Shown: piece after piece, positions 47,205 through 57,428 of the stretch
Layout: each line of letters begins with the position of its first letter
Numbering within the stretch: position 1 is the first letter of the stretch
NCBI GenBank assembly: GCA_963422395.1
Contig: OY729431.1
Location: 1,312,001 to 1,376,000, forward strand
Direction: 5' to 3'
Source: Vicinamibacteria bacterium
GTDB lineage: Bacteria > Acidobacteriota > Vicinamibacteria > Marinacidobacterales > Marinacidobacteraceae
DNA: 64,000 bases
Translations under genes and position numbers: made by a program
The notes under the pieces: generated by a model
What the model saw: the letters and a program-made list of their open reading frames with translations, nothing else
Database searches by the model: none
Told to the model about the DNA's origin: nothing

Positions 47205-47745
47205 CCGCGATTCGAGCCCGCTCCGCCGTCCCGAAATCGGCGGGTCTCGATGGGATCGATGGGTGGCAGGATTCGTCACGATTCACGAGTAGGGTTCTTG
47301 CGGCGCCATAGGAGGCGGCCCTTCCTGCGGGGATGAGAGAGTCCCCCCTGTTCCCCGGTGCGAGTTCCTCGCCGGCCGCTCGCCGAGGTCGGCTGCGTTC
47401 GCCGAAGCGCCCGGCGCCCGCGTACGATCGCGTGCGTCCCGTCCGGGATGCGCCTCAAGCGGGAGAACGGCCAGTTCTTCACCGAGGGCGACCCTTTCGG
47501 CTTTTTCAGCTATCCGGCAGGCATTCCGCAAGCTGTGGGCGCCGAGTCGGTCACCCCGATCGATGAGAAGAAAGAGCACCGGCGGCGCCCCCCTCAGCAG
47601 ACGCCCGGACCGACTGTCTCGCCGCCGGCGAAAGCCAGTACAGCTCTGGAGGGCCGACGCGAAACGGGAGGGCCGCGACGCGAAACGAACCCTCGGTCCG
47701 AAGGAGGCCGCTGGGGGAAGGGGCCTCCTTCGGGCTTCTGCTGCT

Positions 47746-49377
47746 CTACTGCTGGTCGGTCGTCGCGACGGCCCGGCTCCGCACCTCGCCGACGAAAGGA
47801 ACATCGTCGTCGGCTTCGCCGAGGAAGGTCTGGAGGGTGGCGTAGGCGCGGTTCGCCGCTGCCTGATCGCCGAGCGCCTCGGCTGCGCGGGCGAGCCCGA
47901 GGAGCGAAGCGGTGCGGTTCGGAGTCCGAGCGAGGCTGGCCTCGAACTGTTCTCGGGCCGCTTCCGCCTTTCCGGCGGCGAGCAGGAGCTCTCCCCGCAG
48001 CTCATGGGACGGCTTCAACGGATAGGTCGGGCCGGACGGCGGGTCCTGAGTTTCTTCGATGGCGGTCGCAGCGGCGGCGTGCTGCAGCGCACTCTCGGTA
48101 TCCCCAGCGAGTCCGGCGAGCAACGCCTCGACTTCATGCTGCATGATGCGGACGGAATCGGCCTGGTACGCCTCTCCGGCCTCGGCGCGGGCATCGGCGA
48201 GCGCCCGGAGCTGCTTCACGGCTTCGCGGGCGCTGCCCTCGTCCCCTTCGGCATGCGCTTTCATTCCCGCGGCGAGCAGGAGGTTGGCGGTCGAGTTGTA
48301 GCGGCTTTCGTCCACCTCTCCCTCGGGGAGGGCGATGGCGTCATACCGGCCGGACTCGATGGCATGCCGCGCCGCCATGGAAGCGGAGATCCGGCGGAGC
48401 CGCATCGAGTCGGTCTCGTCGGCGGCGGCGTCCACGATGGTGATCGCGTCGAGCACCTCGCGGTACTGCCCCCGCTGCAGGTCGGCGTACGCCTTCCATT
48501 CGAGGCTGTGATAGTCGCGCTTGGTGATCGAGAGGTTCTTCGACTCCACCCACTTGGCCGAAGCGTCGTAGGCCACTTCGTTGGAGGCCGCGGCCCGGTT
48601 CCACATCCCGTGCTGCACGAAGATGTGGGACGGCATGTGCTGCGCGTGGTGCGCTTCCGGGGCGATCTCCGCGTAGCGGTTCGCGGCTTCGAGGGCGAGC
48701 GGAGCGTGCTCGGGATCGTCGAAGGAGTGGATCACATAGTGCGCGGCGCCCGGATGGTCGGGCTCTTTCTGGAACAGCTCGGTGACGATGGCCCCGGCCT
48801 TCATCTGGCGGTGGAACCCCGGCTCGCCCCGCCGCACCAGGCCGAGGTAGGAGAGTGCGTAGAACGCCTGCGCCTCGTTGTCCTCGGGGTGCGCCTCGGC
48901 GAGCCGCCGCATCGCCTGGTGGTAGAGCTCGTCGCGCTCGTACTTGCCGCCGGGGCCGTAGAGGATCTCGACGGTGTCCAGATAGAGCCGTTCGCGCTCG
49001 GTGGGGGTCTTCGCCCGACGTTCGGCGCGGGTCGCTCCGAAACGCTCGAGGACTTCACGCGCGGCGCTGATGTCCTGCTCGGACCAGAGCGGGTGGTTGT
49101 GGCTGAGCGCCTCGCCCCAGTAGGCGAGCGCGAATTCGGAATCGATCTCCTGCGCGTTGCGGAACGCTTCCGCGGCTTCTTCGTACCAGAAGCTGTGGAG
49201 GGCTGCGACCCCGCGCTGGAAGGCGTCCTGCGCTGCCTCGGCGCCCGAGTTCGGGAAGTCCACGGTCCCGAGGTCCGATCCTTCGCCGAATTCCTCGCCG
49301 AATGCTGGGGAAACCAGCAGGGCGAGGACGGCGAAGGCGGAAGCGGCGCGGCGAAGGGAGTTTTTCGACGAAAGCAT
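47746..49377 (-). CDS. secreted TPR-repeat protein
   Basis: LGTVDFP.S..AQ..F.RGVA.LHSFWY, PDHPGAAHYVIHSFD, HAQHMPSHIF; TPR helices; GGAGG RBS. Confidence 0.85.
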   Translation of the reverse strand: MLSSKNSLRRAASAFAVLALLVSPAFGEEFGEGSDLGTVDFPNSGAEAAQDAFQRGVAALHSFWYEEAAEAFRNAQEIDSEFALAYWGEALSHNHPLWSEQDISAAREVLERFGATRAERRAKTPTERERLYLDTVEILYGPGGKYERDELYHQAMRRLAEAHPEDNEAQAFYALSYLGLVRRGEPGFHRQMKAGAIVTELFQKEPDHPGAAHYVIHSFDDPEHAPLALEAANRYAEIAPEAHHAQHMPSHIFVQHGMWNRAAASNEVAYDASAKWVESKNLSITKRDYHSLEWKAYADLQRGQYREVLDAITIVDAAADETDSMRLRRISASMAARHAIESGRYDAIALPEGEVDESRYNSTANLLLAAGMKAHAEGDEGSAREAVKQLRALADARAEAGEAYQADSVRIMQHEVEALLAGLAGDTESALQHAAAATAIEETQDPPSGPTYPLKPSHELRGELLLAAGKAEAAREQFEASLARTPNRTASLLGLARAAEALGDQAAANRAYATLQTFLGEADDDVPFVGEVRSRAVATTDQQ

Positions 49378-49503
49378 GGAAACCTCCAGCGGGTGCTCCG
49401 CACCCGGAAAACCGAATATTAGCCGAGCAGCCGTTCTCGCCGCCATCGTCTCCCGCGCCTAGAATTCCGGGAACGCGAAGGCGTGTTTGGAGTTTCCGCC
49501 CCT

Positions 49504-50487
49504 ATGACCACCGCCCCGAGTCCTGCGCGCCGCATCGAAATCCGCGAGGCCTTCGCCGGCCGGCTGACCGCCGAGCTCGGCCGGGTGGTGGTGGGGCAGC
49601 AGGCGGTGGTGGAGCGGGTCCTGATCGGCCTGCTGACCCGCGGCCACCTCCTGATCGAAGGGGTCCCCGGAATCGCCAAGACCCTGCTCGCGAAGAGTGC
49701 GGCAGAAAGCGTCCGGGCCCGCTTTTCGCGGGTGCAGTTCACTCCCGACCTCCTCCCGGCGGACCTCATCGGAACCCTGATCTTCGACCAGCGGGAACGG
49801 ACTTTCGTTCCTCGGAAAGGCCCGGTGTTCACGAACTTCCTGCTCGCCGACGAGATCAACCGCGCGCCTGCGAAGGTGCAGAGCGCGCTGCTCGAAGCGA
49901 TGGAGGAGCGGCAGGTCACGATCGGGGACGAGACCTGGAAGCTCGAGGAGCCGTTCGTGGTCCTCGCCACCCAGAACCCCATCGAGCAGGAGGGCACCTA
50001 CCCGCTGCCCGAGGCTCAGGTGGACCGCTTCATGATGAAATTGAAGATGGGATTCCCGGAGCTCGCCGAAGAGCGGCGGATCCTCGAGCGGATGGCGAAT
50101 TCCGCGGTTCCGCGGGTCGAGCCGGTATTGGGGCCGGAGGAGATCGCCGCCGCGCGCGAGCTCGTGGAGGCGGTCTATGTGGACGAACGCATCCGGGACT
50201 ACCTCCTCGGGTTGATCCGGGCCACCCGCGATCCGGCGGCGTTCGGCATGGACATCGCTCCGCTCGTCGAGCACGGTGCTTCGCCGCGAGCGAGCCTCGA
50301 CCTCTACCGCGCGGCCCGCGCCCGTGCCTTCCTCGAAGGCCGGGACTTCACTGCGCCCGAAGATGTGAAACACCTCGCGCCCGATGTCCTCCGCCACCGG
50401 CTGATCCTCTCCTACGAAGCGGAAGCCGAAGAGGTGGACGGCGACGAAATCGTCCGCCGCGTTCTGGATGCGGTCGAGGTCCCCTGA
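49504..50487 (+). CDS. moxR: MoxR-family AAA+ ATPase
   Basis: EGVPGIAKT, RVQFTPDLLPAD, LADEINRAPAKVQSALLEAM, ATQNPIEQEGTYPLPEAQVDRF, GASPRA. Confidence 0.95.
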   Translation: MTTAPSPARRIEIREAFAGRLTAELGRVVVGQQAVVERVLIGLLTRGHLLIEGVPGIAKTLLAKSAAESVRARFSRVQFTPDLLPADLIGTLIFDQRERTFVPRKGPVFTNFLLADEINRAPAKVQSALLEAMEERQVTIGDETWKLEEPFVVLATQNPIEQEGTYPLPEAQVDRFMMKLKMGFPELAEERRILERMANSAVPRVEPVLGPEEIAAARELVEAVYVDERIRDYLLGLIRATRDPAAFGMDIAPLVEHGASPRASLDLYRAARARAFLEGRDFTAPEDVKHLAPDVLRHRLILSYEAEAEEVDGDEIVRRVLDAVEVP

Positions 50488-50523
50488 ACCCTCAGTCTCC
50501 GAATTCCCGTCTCGAATCCTGCC

Positions 50524-51486
50524 GTGCCCAACGCCGGACCCCTCTCCGGACTGTTCGGCGGGGGTGGCCGTTCTCGGGCGCTGCCGCCCGAGCCGACGCT
50601 CTCCACCGCAGAGCTGTTGGCGCGAGTGCGAAGGATCGAGATCCGCACGCGCAAACTGGTCTCCGAGGCGCTCGCCGGCGCTTATCTCAGCACCTTCAAG
50701 GGCCAGGGGATGGAATTCTCCGAGGTCCGGGAGTACGCCCCCGGCGACGACATCCGCTCGGTGGATTGGAATGTGACTTCCCGCACCGGGACGCTCCAGG
50801 TCAAGAAATTCGTCGAAGAGCGTGAACTCACCGTGCTGTTCCTGCTCGATGTGTCCCGATCGTTCGCGTTCGGCAGCCGGGAGCAGTTCAAACGCGCGGC
50901 CGCCGCCGAAGTCGCCGCCGCGCTCGCCTTTTCTGCGATCCGCTCCGGCGACCGAGTGGGGGCTCTGCTGTTCAGCGACCGCGCCGAAACCAGACTTCCG
51001 GCGCGAAAGGGCCGGCGCCACGGGCTCCGGGTGCTGCGGGATCTGCTTTCGTACGAGCCCGTCGGGAAAGGGACCGACATCGCTGGGGCTCTCCATCTGC
51101 TGAACCGAGTGGTGCGCCGGCGAGCGACGGTGTTCCTGCTGAGCGATTTCCTGGGTGATCCTGCAGAGCGCTGGCTGCGGCCGCTCCGGGTGGCGGCGCG
51201 GCGGCACGACCTGATCGCGATCCGGGTCAGCGACGGGTGCGAGCGCGCCCTGCCCGACCTCGGTCTGGTCACTTTCGAGGACGCCGAGACCGGCGCCGCG
51301 GTCTGTCTGGATACCGCGGACCGGAGGGTTCGGGCAGCGTTTTCGGAGCGCGCCCGCCGCATCGGCGAAGCGGCCGCCCGTTCGCTCCGCGAGGTCGGGG
51401 TGGATCTGGTGGAAGTGGTTGCCGGCGAGTCCTACGACACCCCGCTTCGCCGATTCTTCCGGATGCGGGAGAGGCGGCGCCGATGA
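50524..51486 (+). CDS. DUF58 domain protein
   Basis: G.G.EFSEVREY.PGDDIRSVDWNVTSR, FVEEREL, DVSRS, LSDF. Confidence 0.92.
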   Translation: MPNAGPLSGLFGGGGRSRALPPEPTLSTAELLARVRRIEIRTRKLVSEALAGAYLSTFKGQGMEFSEVREYAPGDDIRSVDWNVTSRTGTLQVKKFVEERELTVLFLLDVSRSFAFGSREQFKRAAAAEVAAALAFSAIRSGDRVGALLFSDRAETRLPARKGRRHGLRVLRDLLSYEPVGKGTDIAGALHLLNRVVRRRATVFLLSDFLGDPAERWLRPLRVAARRHDLIAIRVSDGCERALPDLGLVTFEDAETGAAVCLDTADRRVRAAFSERARRIGEAAARSLREVGVDLVEVVAGESYDTPLRRFFRMRERRRR

Positions 51487-52475
51487 ACCGCGCCGGGTTC
51501 TTCGCGCTCCTGCTGGCGGCGTCCCCGGTTCTTCCTGCCGAAGACGATGCGGCGGCCGAAGCTCGCGCCGCCGCCGAAGTCGCCGCCGAACCGGTGGAGG
51601 TGGGCGGAGTTTTCGATCTCGAGGTCACCGTGGAGGTGCCCGAAGGCGCCGAGGCGGCGCCGCTCTTCGACGCCGCCCTCGGGGACTTCCGAGTGCTCGG
51701 GGCCTCGTCGGGAGAGCGCGGCCCGGAGCAGCTTCCGGGAACCCTCCGTTTTCGCCTCCGCCTCGGGGCGTTCGTGCTCCCCGGCGACCACGAGATCCCC
51801 CCGGTCCCGATCGGTATCCGAACTGCGGACGGTTCCCTCGCCGAGATCCAAACCCCGGCAGTTCCGGTCCGGGTGGTCTCCGCCTTGCCGCCCGGGGAAC
51901 GGGACGCCGCTTCCGATATCCACGATATTCGCGGGCCATTCCCCCTGGAAGTCTCTCCTCGATGGAGATGGATCGGCTTCGCTGCCCTCGTGCTCGCAGC
52001 ACTCGCGGCGGCGGCCTGGTTCCTCGTTCGGCGCCGGATGCGCCGCGACGCCCCCGCCGTCCCGCCGGCTCCGCCGACGGCGGAGGCCGAGGCGGCGCTC
52101 GCCCGCCTCTCGGCCTCGGGACTTCTCGAAGCCGGGGATGTGGTGGGGTTCTACGCGCGCCTCGCCGGGATCATGAAGCGCTACGCCGGCCGTCGTTTCG
52201 AGACTGCCTGGAGCGAGCGCACCACCGGGGAGATGCTGGCCGAACTCGGCGCCCGGGTGCCCTTCGACCAATCGCCCGCGCTGCCCCTGCTCGCCGGGCT
52301 GCTCACCGAAGCCGATCTCGCCAAGTTCAGCGATCGGCCCTTCCGCGAAGACGCTGCCCGCTCCCGCTTCGTCGAGGCGGGGGTCTTCCTCGACCGGACC
52401 CGGCCGGCGGTGCTTGCGGATCTGGCCGCGGACCGGACGGCGCCCCCCTCGGAGAAAGGATCGAGGTCGGCCTGA
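51483..52475 (+). CDS. Bat-operon membrane-anchored protein (BatD-like/DUF4381-like)
   Basis: Signal peptide, Ig-like region, IHDIRGP + TM, ERTT.E, ADLAKF; lies between DUF58 and BatA. Confidence 0.75.
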   Translation: MNRAGFFALLLAASPVLPAEDDAAAEARAAAEVAAEPVEVGGVFDLEVTVEVPEGAEAAPLFDAALGDFRVLGASSGERGPEQLPGTLRFRLRLGAFVLPGDHEIPPVPIGIRTADGSLAEIQTPAVPVRVVSALPPGERDAASDIHDIRGPFPLEVSPRWRWIGFAALVLAALAAAAWFLVRRRMRRDAPAVPPAPPTAEAEAALARLSASGLLEAGDVVGFYARLAGIMKRYAGRRFETAWSERTTGEMLAELGARVPFDQSPALPLLAGLLTEADLAKFSDRPFREDAARSRFVEAGVFLDRTRPAVLADLAADRTAPPSEKGSRSA

Positions 52476-53455
52476 TGCGTCTGCTCTGGCCCTGGGCGCT
52501 TTCCGGCCTCCTTCTCGTGCCGCTGCTCGTCTTCGCCGCCCGGCGCCACGAATCTCCCGCGCTCCGCTTCCCCGAGGCCGCCCGGATGATGGAACTGCCC
52601 CGCTCGCTGCGGTCGCGCTTCGCCTTCCTGCCCGGGGCTCTGATCCTCACCGCGCTCGTCCTCGCCACGATCGCGCTCGCCCGGCCGCAGACCGGGATCA
52701 CCCGCGAATCGGCTACCAGCCTGGGGGTGGACATCGTGCTCGCCCTCGATATCTCTTCGAGCATGCGAGCGGAGGATTTCGCCCCGGCGAACCGGCTGAC
52801 GGCGGCGAAGGAAGTGCTCGAAGACTTCATCGAGCGCCGGGCGAGCGACCGACTCGGCGCCGTCGCCTTCGCACGGAACGCAGTGACGATCACCCCGCTC
52901 ACCCTCGACCACGACATCCTCACCGCGCAGCTCCGCGAGGTGGACATCGGCGACATCGCCGACGGTACCGCGATCGGAAACGCCATCGCGTCCTCGGTGA
53001 ACCGGCTTGCCGGTTCGGAGGCCGAGAGCCGGGTCATCGTGCTGCTCACCGACGGCGTTTCGAACGCCGGTGAAATCCATCCGCTCACCGCTGCGGGGCT
53101 GGCGAAAACGCGGGGCATCCGGGTCTATACCGTGGGAGCGGGCAGCGAAGACGGGGGGCGGCTGGTGATGCCCGGCCCCGACGGATCGCTTCGGGTGCGA
53201 AGGGCGCCCGGGATCGACGAGGCGATGCTGCGAAAGGTCGCAGACGCTACCGGAGGGCGCTATTTCCGGGCGCGGGACACCGAAGGCCTCCACGCGGTGT
53301 ACGACGAGATCGATGCCCTCGAAAGGACCGAGATCCGCACTCCGACCTGGACCAGCTGGTCCGACGACGGCCCGCGCCTCGCCGGCTTCGCCGCCGTGCT
53401 CCTGTTCTGCGCCATCGCGCTCCGCGCTACCGCCTTCCGAACCGCGCCCGTCTGA
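52475..53455 (+). CDS. batA: BatA-like VWA domain protein
   Basis: N-terminal TM + ALARPQ, MIDAS DISSS, GTAIG, LLTDG.SNAG, TGGRYFRA. Confidence 0.85.
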   Translation: MRLLWPWALSGLLLVPLLVFAARRHESPALRFPEAARMMELPRSLRSRFAFLPGALILTALVLATIALARPQTGITRESATSLGVDIVLALDISSSMRAEDFAPANRLTAAKEVLEDFIERRASDRLGAVAFARNAVTITPLTLDHDILTAQLREVDIGDIADGTAIGNAIASSVNRLAGSEAESRVIVLLTDGVSNAGEIHPLTAAGLAKTRGIRVYTVGAGSEDGGRLVMPGPDGSLRVRRAPGIDEAMLRKVADATGGRYFRARDTEGLHAVYDEIDALERTEIRTPTWTSWSDDGPRLAGFAAVLLFCAIALRATAFRTAPV

Positions 53456-53456
53456 C

Positions 53457-54485
53457 ATGCGCTTCGGAGAGCCCTCAGCGCTCGCGCTGCTCGCCCTCGC
53501 ACCGCTCGCGGCGGCTCTTTCGATCTTCGCCGCGCGCCGGAGCCGGACGCTGGTCGGCCGTTTCGGCCGGCACGCTGCACTACTGGTCGAACGGGAGAGC
53601 CGCCCTCGGCGGCGACTCAAGGAGCTGCTGCTCGTGTTTGCCGGGTTCTGCCTCGCGGCGGCGGCCGCCCGTCCGCAATGGGGCCGCGAGGAGCGTGTTC
53701 TGACGCTGAACGGAGTGGATGTGGTGTTCGCGGTGGACACCTCCTTCAGCATGGACGCCCGGGATGTGGCTCCCTCGCGGATGGAGCGAGCGCGCTACAT
53801 CGCCGGGGCGCTCCTGCCTCGGCTCGTGGGAAACCGGGTGGGAATCGTGGCGTTCTCCGGAGCGGCGTTCACCCAGTGTCCGCTCACTCATGACCTCGGC
53901 GCGGTGCGCACTCTGCTCGCTGGGATCGACACCGGAGTGGTCGAAAATCCCGGCACGAGCCTCGCGGCGATGATCGGGGAGGCAGCGCGCGCCTTCGAGC
54001 AGCAGGAAAGCCGCTATCGGGTGGTGGTGCTGCTCACCGATGGGCAACAGGACGACCTCCGGAGTTCACCGGTCGCCGAGGTGGCGGAACAGGCGAACGC
54101 TCACGGCATCGTCGTCCTCGCAGTGGGGGTGGCGACTTCGGGAGGCGCCACGATTCCGGTTCCGACGGAATCGGGGCCTGCCTCGATGCGGGACGGCGCG
54201 GGCGCACCCATCGTGAGCCGCCTCGACGCCGAGACGCTCGTCGAACTCGCGGAGCGTACTGGCGGCGCCTTCTTCGAGATTTCCTCCGACGACCGGGAGA
54301 TCGCCGCCGTCGCGAGCCGTATCGGCGCGATGGAGGGCGGAGAACTCGGCGGCCAGGCGGCTCCCCGTTACCGCGAGCGCTTCTGGATTCCGTTGGGGTT
54401 CGGAATCATCGCCCTGGCGGCCCACGGGCTGATCGCTCCGGGGGCGCGGCGAAGGGCCGACGAAGCATGGGAGGGGCGCGGATGA
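53457..54485 (+). CDS. batB: BatB-like VWA domain protein
   Basis: AAARPQWG, DTSFSM.A.DV.PSR, CPLT.D, LTDG, G..IP....G....SRLD. Confidence 0.85.
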   Translation: MRFGEPSALALLALAPLAAALSIFAARRSRTLVGRFGRHAALLVERESRPRRRLKELLLVFAGFCLAAAAARPQWGREERVLTLNGVDVVFAVDTSFSMDARDVAPSRMERARYIAGALLPRLVGNRVGIVAFSGAAFTQCPLTHDLGAVRTLLAGIDTGVVENPGTSLAAMIGEAARAFEQQESRYRVVVLLTDGQQDDLRSSPVAEVAEQANAHGIVVLAVGVATSGGATIPVPTESGPASMRDGAGAPIVSRLDAETLVELAERTGGAFFEISSDDREIAAVASRIGAMEGGELGGQAAPRYRERFWIPLGFGIIALAAHGLIAPGARRRADEAWEGRG

Positions 54486-55378
54486 TTCGGGTCTTCTTCG
54501 TCGCGCTGGCAGTGGTCCAGTGGTTCGGCGGCGCCGAGAAGAACACCCGCGAGGGGGCGGAGCATCTCGACGAAGGCCGGCTCGAGGCGGCTCTGCGGGC
54601 GTTTTCCCGTGCCGAGGGCGAGTATCCCGACGCGCCGGAGAACGACTTGAACATCGCCGGGGTCCACTACCGGATGGGAGAGGAGGAGGCCGCGGCGGCC
54701 GGGCCGGCCGCAGATTCCGGGGGCGAGGGTGGGGGATCGCTCGCCGAGGCGGCCCGCGGGTATCAGGCGGCCCTCGCCGGGGGCGTCGAGGGCCGCCTCC
54801 GGCGCGACGGTTTCTTCAACCTGGCGAACACGCTCTTCCGGGCCGGGGCCTACCGCGAGGCTGCCGCCGCCTACGGCGAGGCGATCTCTCTGGACCCCGA
54901 GGATCTGGAGGCGCGGCAGAACCTCGAGCGGGCGCTCTTGCAGGCCGAAGAGCAGGAGCAGGAGCAGCAGCAACAACAGCAGGGGAACGGCGGGTCGCCC
55001 GAGCCCCAGAGCGGAGAGTCGGGAGACGAGGGGCAGGAGGACGGGCAGGGCGGGGAACCGGGCGAGCCGCCGCCGAGTGGAGCGGGGGAGCAGCAGCGCC
55101 GCCCCGAGCAGGGCCGGCAGGACGGAGAACAGCCCCGAAACCCGGCAGGAGAAGGTCTCCCAGAAGGTCCCCCCCCGCCGAGCGAAGGAGCTTCCGACCC
55201 GGACCCACAGACGCCGCGCGGCGCCGACCCGGAGGCCGCCGATCCCGGGCCGGTGCCCGAGATCAGCCCCGAACAGGCGGAGCGAATCCTCGCCGCCCTC
55301 GCCGAAGTCGAACGAGCCCATCAGGAAGCGCGCCTCGCGAAGCGGCGCGTCCGGGCGCTCCGCCGCGGGCGGCACTAG
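54482..55378 (+). CDS. BatC-like TPR protein with Gln/Gly/Pro-rich linker
   Basis: TPRs (FFNLANTLF, A..NLE.A), poly-Q linker, ISPEQAERIL.AL C-terminal motif. Confidence 0.8.
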   Translation: MIRVFFVALAVVQWFGGAEKNTREGAEHLDEGRLEAALRAFSRAEGEYPDAPENDLNIAGVHYRMGEEEAAAAGPAADSGGEGGGSLAEAARGYQAALAGGVEGRLRRDGFFNLANTLFRAGAYREAAAAYGEAISLDPEDLEARQNLERALLQAEEQEQEQQQQQQGNGGSPEPQSGESGDEGQEDGQGGEPGEPPPSGAGEQQRRPEQGRQDGEQPRNPAGEGLPEGPPPPSEGASDPDPQTPRGADPEAADPGPVPEISPEQAERILAALAEVERAHQEARLAKRRVRALRRGRH

Positions 55379-55397
55379 CAGCTAGCAGGCACTGGCC

Positions 55398-57428
55398 GTG
55401 GAACGAGAAGCCCGCGTCGTCGAGAGCCGTGGGTTCGGCATGCCTTCGGGGGCCGGCGTCCTGCGGAGGGTTCGTTCCCCGAAGGGGCGGCGCGCCTCGC
55501 TCGTTCGCTGCGCCCCGTTCCTCGCCGCGGTTTTCTCCGCGCTCTCGGCGGCAGCCGCCGCCCCCCAGGAGAGGGCCGAGGCCCGAGTGGACGCCTCGCG
55601 GATCGGGGTCGAAGACCAGCTCGTGCTGACCGTCTCCATTCCCGAAGCGCGCGGCGCCGCGCCCGAACTGCCCCCGCTGGACGGATTCGAGGTGCTCGGC
55701 AGCCAGCGGGTCTCGAAGACCTCCATCGTGAACGGGCGGCTGACCCGCGCCCGGGAATGGGTCTATCGACTGCGCCCGCTCGCTACCGGCGACTTGGTGA
55801 TTCCGGAGATTCCGGTTCCCGGATACCTGCCGACGCCCGAGATCCGGGTGAGCGTGGAGAGCGGCAGCCTGCGGCCGGCGCGCCGCCCGCGGACCCCCTT
55901 CGCCTCCCCGTTCGGGTCCCTCTTCGACCCCTTCGACCCGCAGCCGGCGCCGGATCCGGTAGTCGGGATCGCCGAGGACGACCTGTTCGTCCGAACCGAA
56001 GTCGAAGATTCCGAGGTCCTGGTCGGCGAACAGGCGCTCGTGCTCTATCGCCTCTGGTCCCGGGTTCCGATTGCGATCGCCGCTCCGGTCGAGTCGGCGC
56101 AGCCCGAGGGCTTCTGGATCGAAGAAGTGACGCTTCCCGATGTCCCCTGGGCCGAACGCGGCCTCAGCCGGCAGCAGATCCAGCGGCGCCGGGCGCTGCC
56201 GGGTCCGCGCCGCGAGCGCCGCACCTGGAACGGAATCGCCTACGACACCTGGCCGCTGCTGATGCGGGCGGTGTTCCCCACCGGCGCCGGGGAACGCGAA
56301 CTGCCCGGCCCCCACTTCGAGATCGCGGTCGAAGGGCCGCGCGCCTCGTTCTTCGGTCCTCGCCAGGTCGTGGTGGCCCGAAAGGCTCCGCCGGTGACGA
56401 TCCGCGCTGCGCCGCTTCCCCAGGCGGGCCGCCCCTCGGGATTCGCAGGCTCGGTCGGCGACTACCAGTTGCGCGCCGCGGTGCTCCAGGGCGGTGCGCC
56501 GCTCGGGGAACGGGCTGCAGCCGCGGGAGAGCCGATCGTCCTGCGCCTCGAGCTCGAAGGCGCCGGCAACCTCCGCGCCGCCGGAACCCCGGCGCTCCCC
56601 GACAGTCCGTCGTTCCAGCGGGCGTTCCGCTTCTTCGACCCGGACACTTCCATCGAAACCGGCCTGGTCGATGAAGGCGCGGCGGTGTCCTTCGGCGGCC
56701 GCCGTATCTGGGAGTTTCCAATGGTCCCCGAGTCCGGCGGAGTGCGCAACATCGGCCCGCTCACCCTGGATGTGTTCAACCCCCGGACCGGCGCCTACGA
56801 GAGCCTCGCTTCGGATCCTCTTTCGGTGCGGGTCGAGGGTGCGGCGGGTGCGGGTCGGAGCGCCTCCTCCGGGTTCGGGCCTTCGGCGTTCGAGCGGCTG
56901 GACGACGATATTCGCTACCTGAAACCGATGGGTCCGGCGGTGCCGGCGCCCGGCCCCTGGCGGCCCGGCGGCTTCTTCCTGCTCTCGCTCACGCTGCCGC
57001 TCCTGTGGAACCTGGGGGTGTTCGCCGCGCTCCGACGCCGGGACTACCGCACCGCCCATGAAGCGGCCTTTCGGCGAAAAGGCGCAGCTCGCGCCGTCCG
57101 AAAAAAGCTCTCCCGCGTTCGCGGGGAAGGGTCGGAAGCGGCGGCCGCGGTGGGAGAGGCACTTTCGGAATACGCTGCCGCCCGCCTCGGCGGTTCCTCC
57201 CGCGGACTGACCCCGGAGGGCGCGGCGGCGAGATGGGAGCACGCTGGCGCCGCACCCGAAACCGCCCGCCGCTTTCGGAATCTCCTGTCCCGCACCGAGG
57301 GGGCGCGCTTCGCTGCCGGGCTGGGCGGGGACGGCGGGTCGGGAACCCTCGGACGACCTGCCGCCGAGGCGCTAGAACTCGTGCTGGTGCTCGAAGAGCA
57401 GCTCTCGAGCAGGGGGGGGCCGGGATGA
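55398..57428 (+). CDS. batD: BatD family protein (start uncertain; 55440 possible)
   Basis: SIVNG, V.VGEQ, GFWIEE, LP..GRP..F.GSVG.Y, G.GNL, DIRYLK + TM. Confidence 0.85.
   Translation: MEREARVVESRGFGMPSGAGVLRRVRSPKGRRASLVRCAPFLAAVFSALSAAAAAPQERAEARVDASRIGVEDQLVLTVSIPEARGAAPELPPLDGFEVLGSQRVSKTSIVNGRLTRAREWVYRLRPLATGDLVIPEIPVPGYLPTPEIRVSVESGSLRPARRPRTPFASPFGSLFDPFDPQPAPDPVVGIAEDDLFVRTEVEDSEVLVGEQALVLYRLWSRVPIAIAAPVESAQPEGFWIEEVTLPDVPWAERGLSRQQIQRRRALPGPRRERRTWNGIAYDTWPLLMRAVFPTGAGERELPGPHFEIAVEGPRASFFGPRQVVVARKAPPVTIRAAPLPQAGRPSGFAGSVGDYQLRAAVLQGGAPLGERAAAAGEPIVLRLELEGAGNLRAAGTPALPDSPSFQRAFRFFDPDTSIETGLVDEGAAVSFGGRRIWEFPMVPESGGVRNIGPLTLDVFNPRTGAYESLASDPLSVRVEGAAGAGRSASSGFGPSAFERLDDDIRYLKPMGPAVPAPGPWRPGGFFLLSLTLPLLWNLGVFAALRRRDYRTAHEAAFRRKGAARAVRKKLSRVRGEGSEAAAAVGEALSEYAAARLGGSSRGLTPEGAAARWEHAGAAPETARRFRNLLSRTEGARFAAGLGGDGGSGTLGRPAAEALELVLVLEEQLSSRGGPG

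Noticed and set aside
42773-47286. 770-aa and 778-aa minus-strand ORFs upstream of zorA
   Set aside because: Antisense shadows of the GGT and LVIVD genes.
54945-54985. CAG/GAG triplet run as a contingency repeat
   Set aside because: Imperfect, and it encodes the usual Gln/Glu-rich linker of BatC-like proteins.
55375-55388. CTAGCAG-CTAGCAG duplication at the batC stop as a MITE footprint
   Set aside because: Resembles target + IR start (CTAG|CAG), but only 3 nt of IR match; too short to support.
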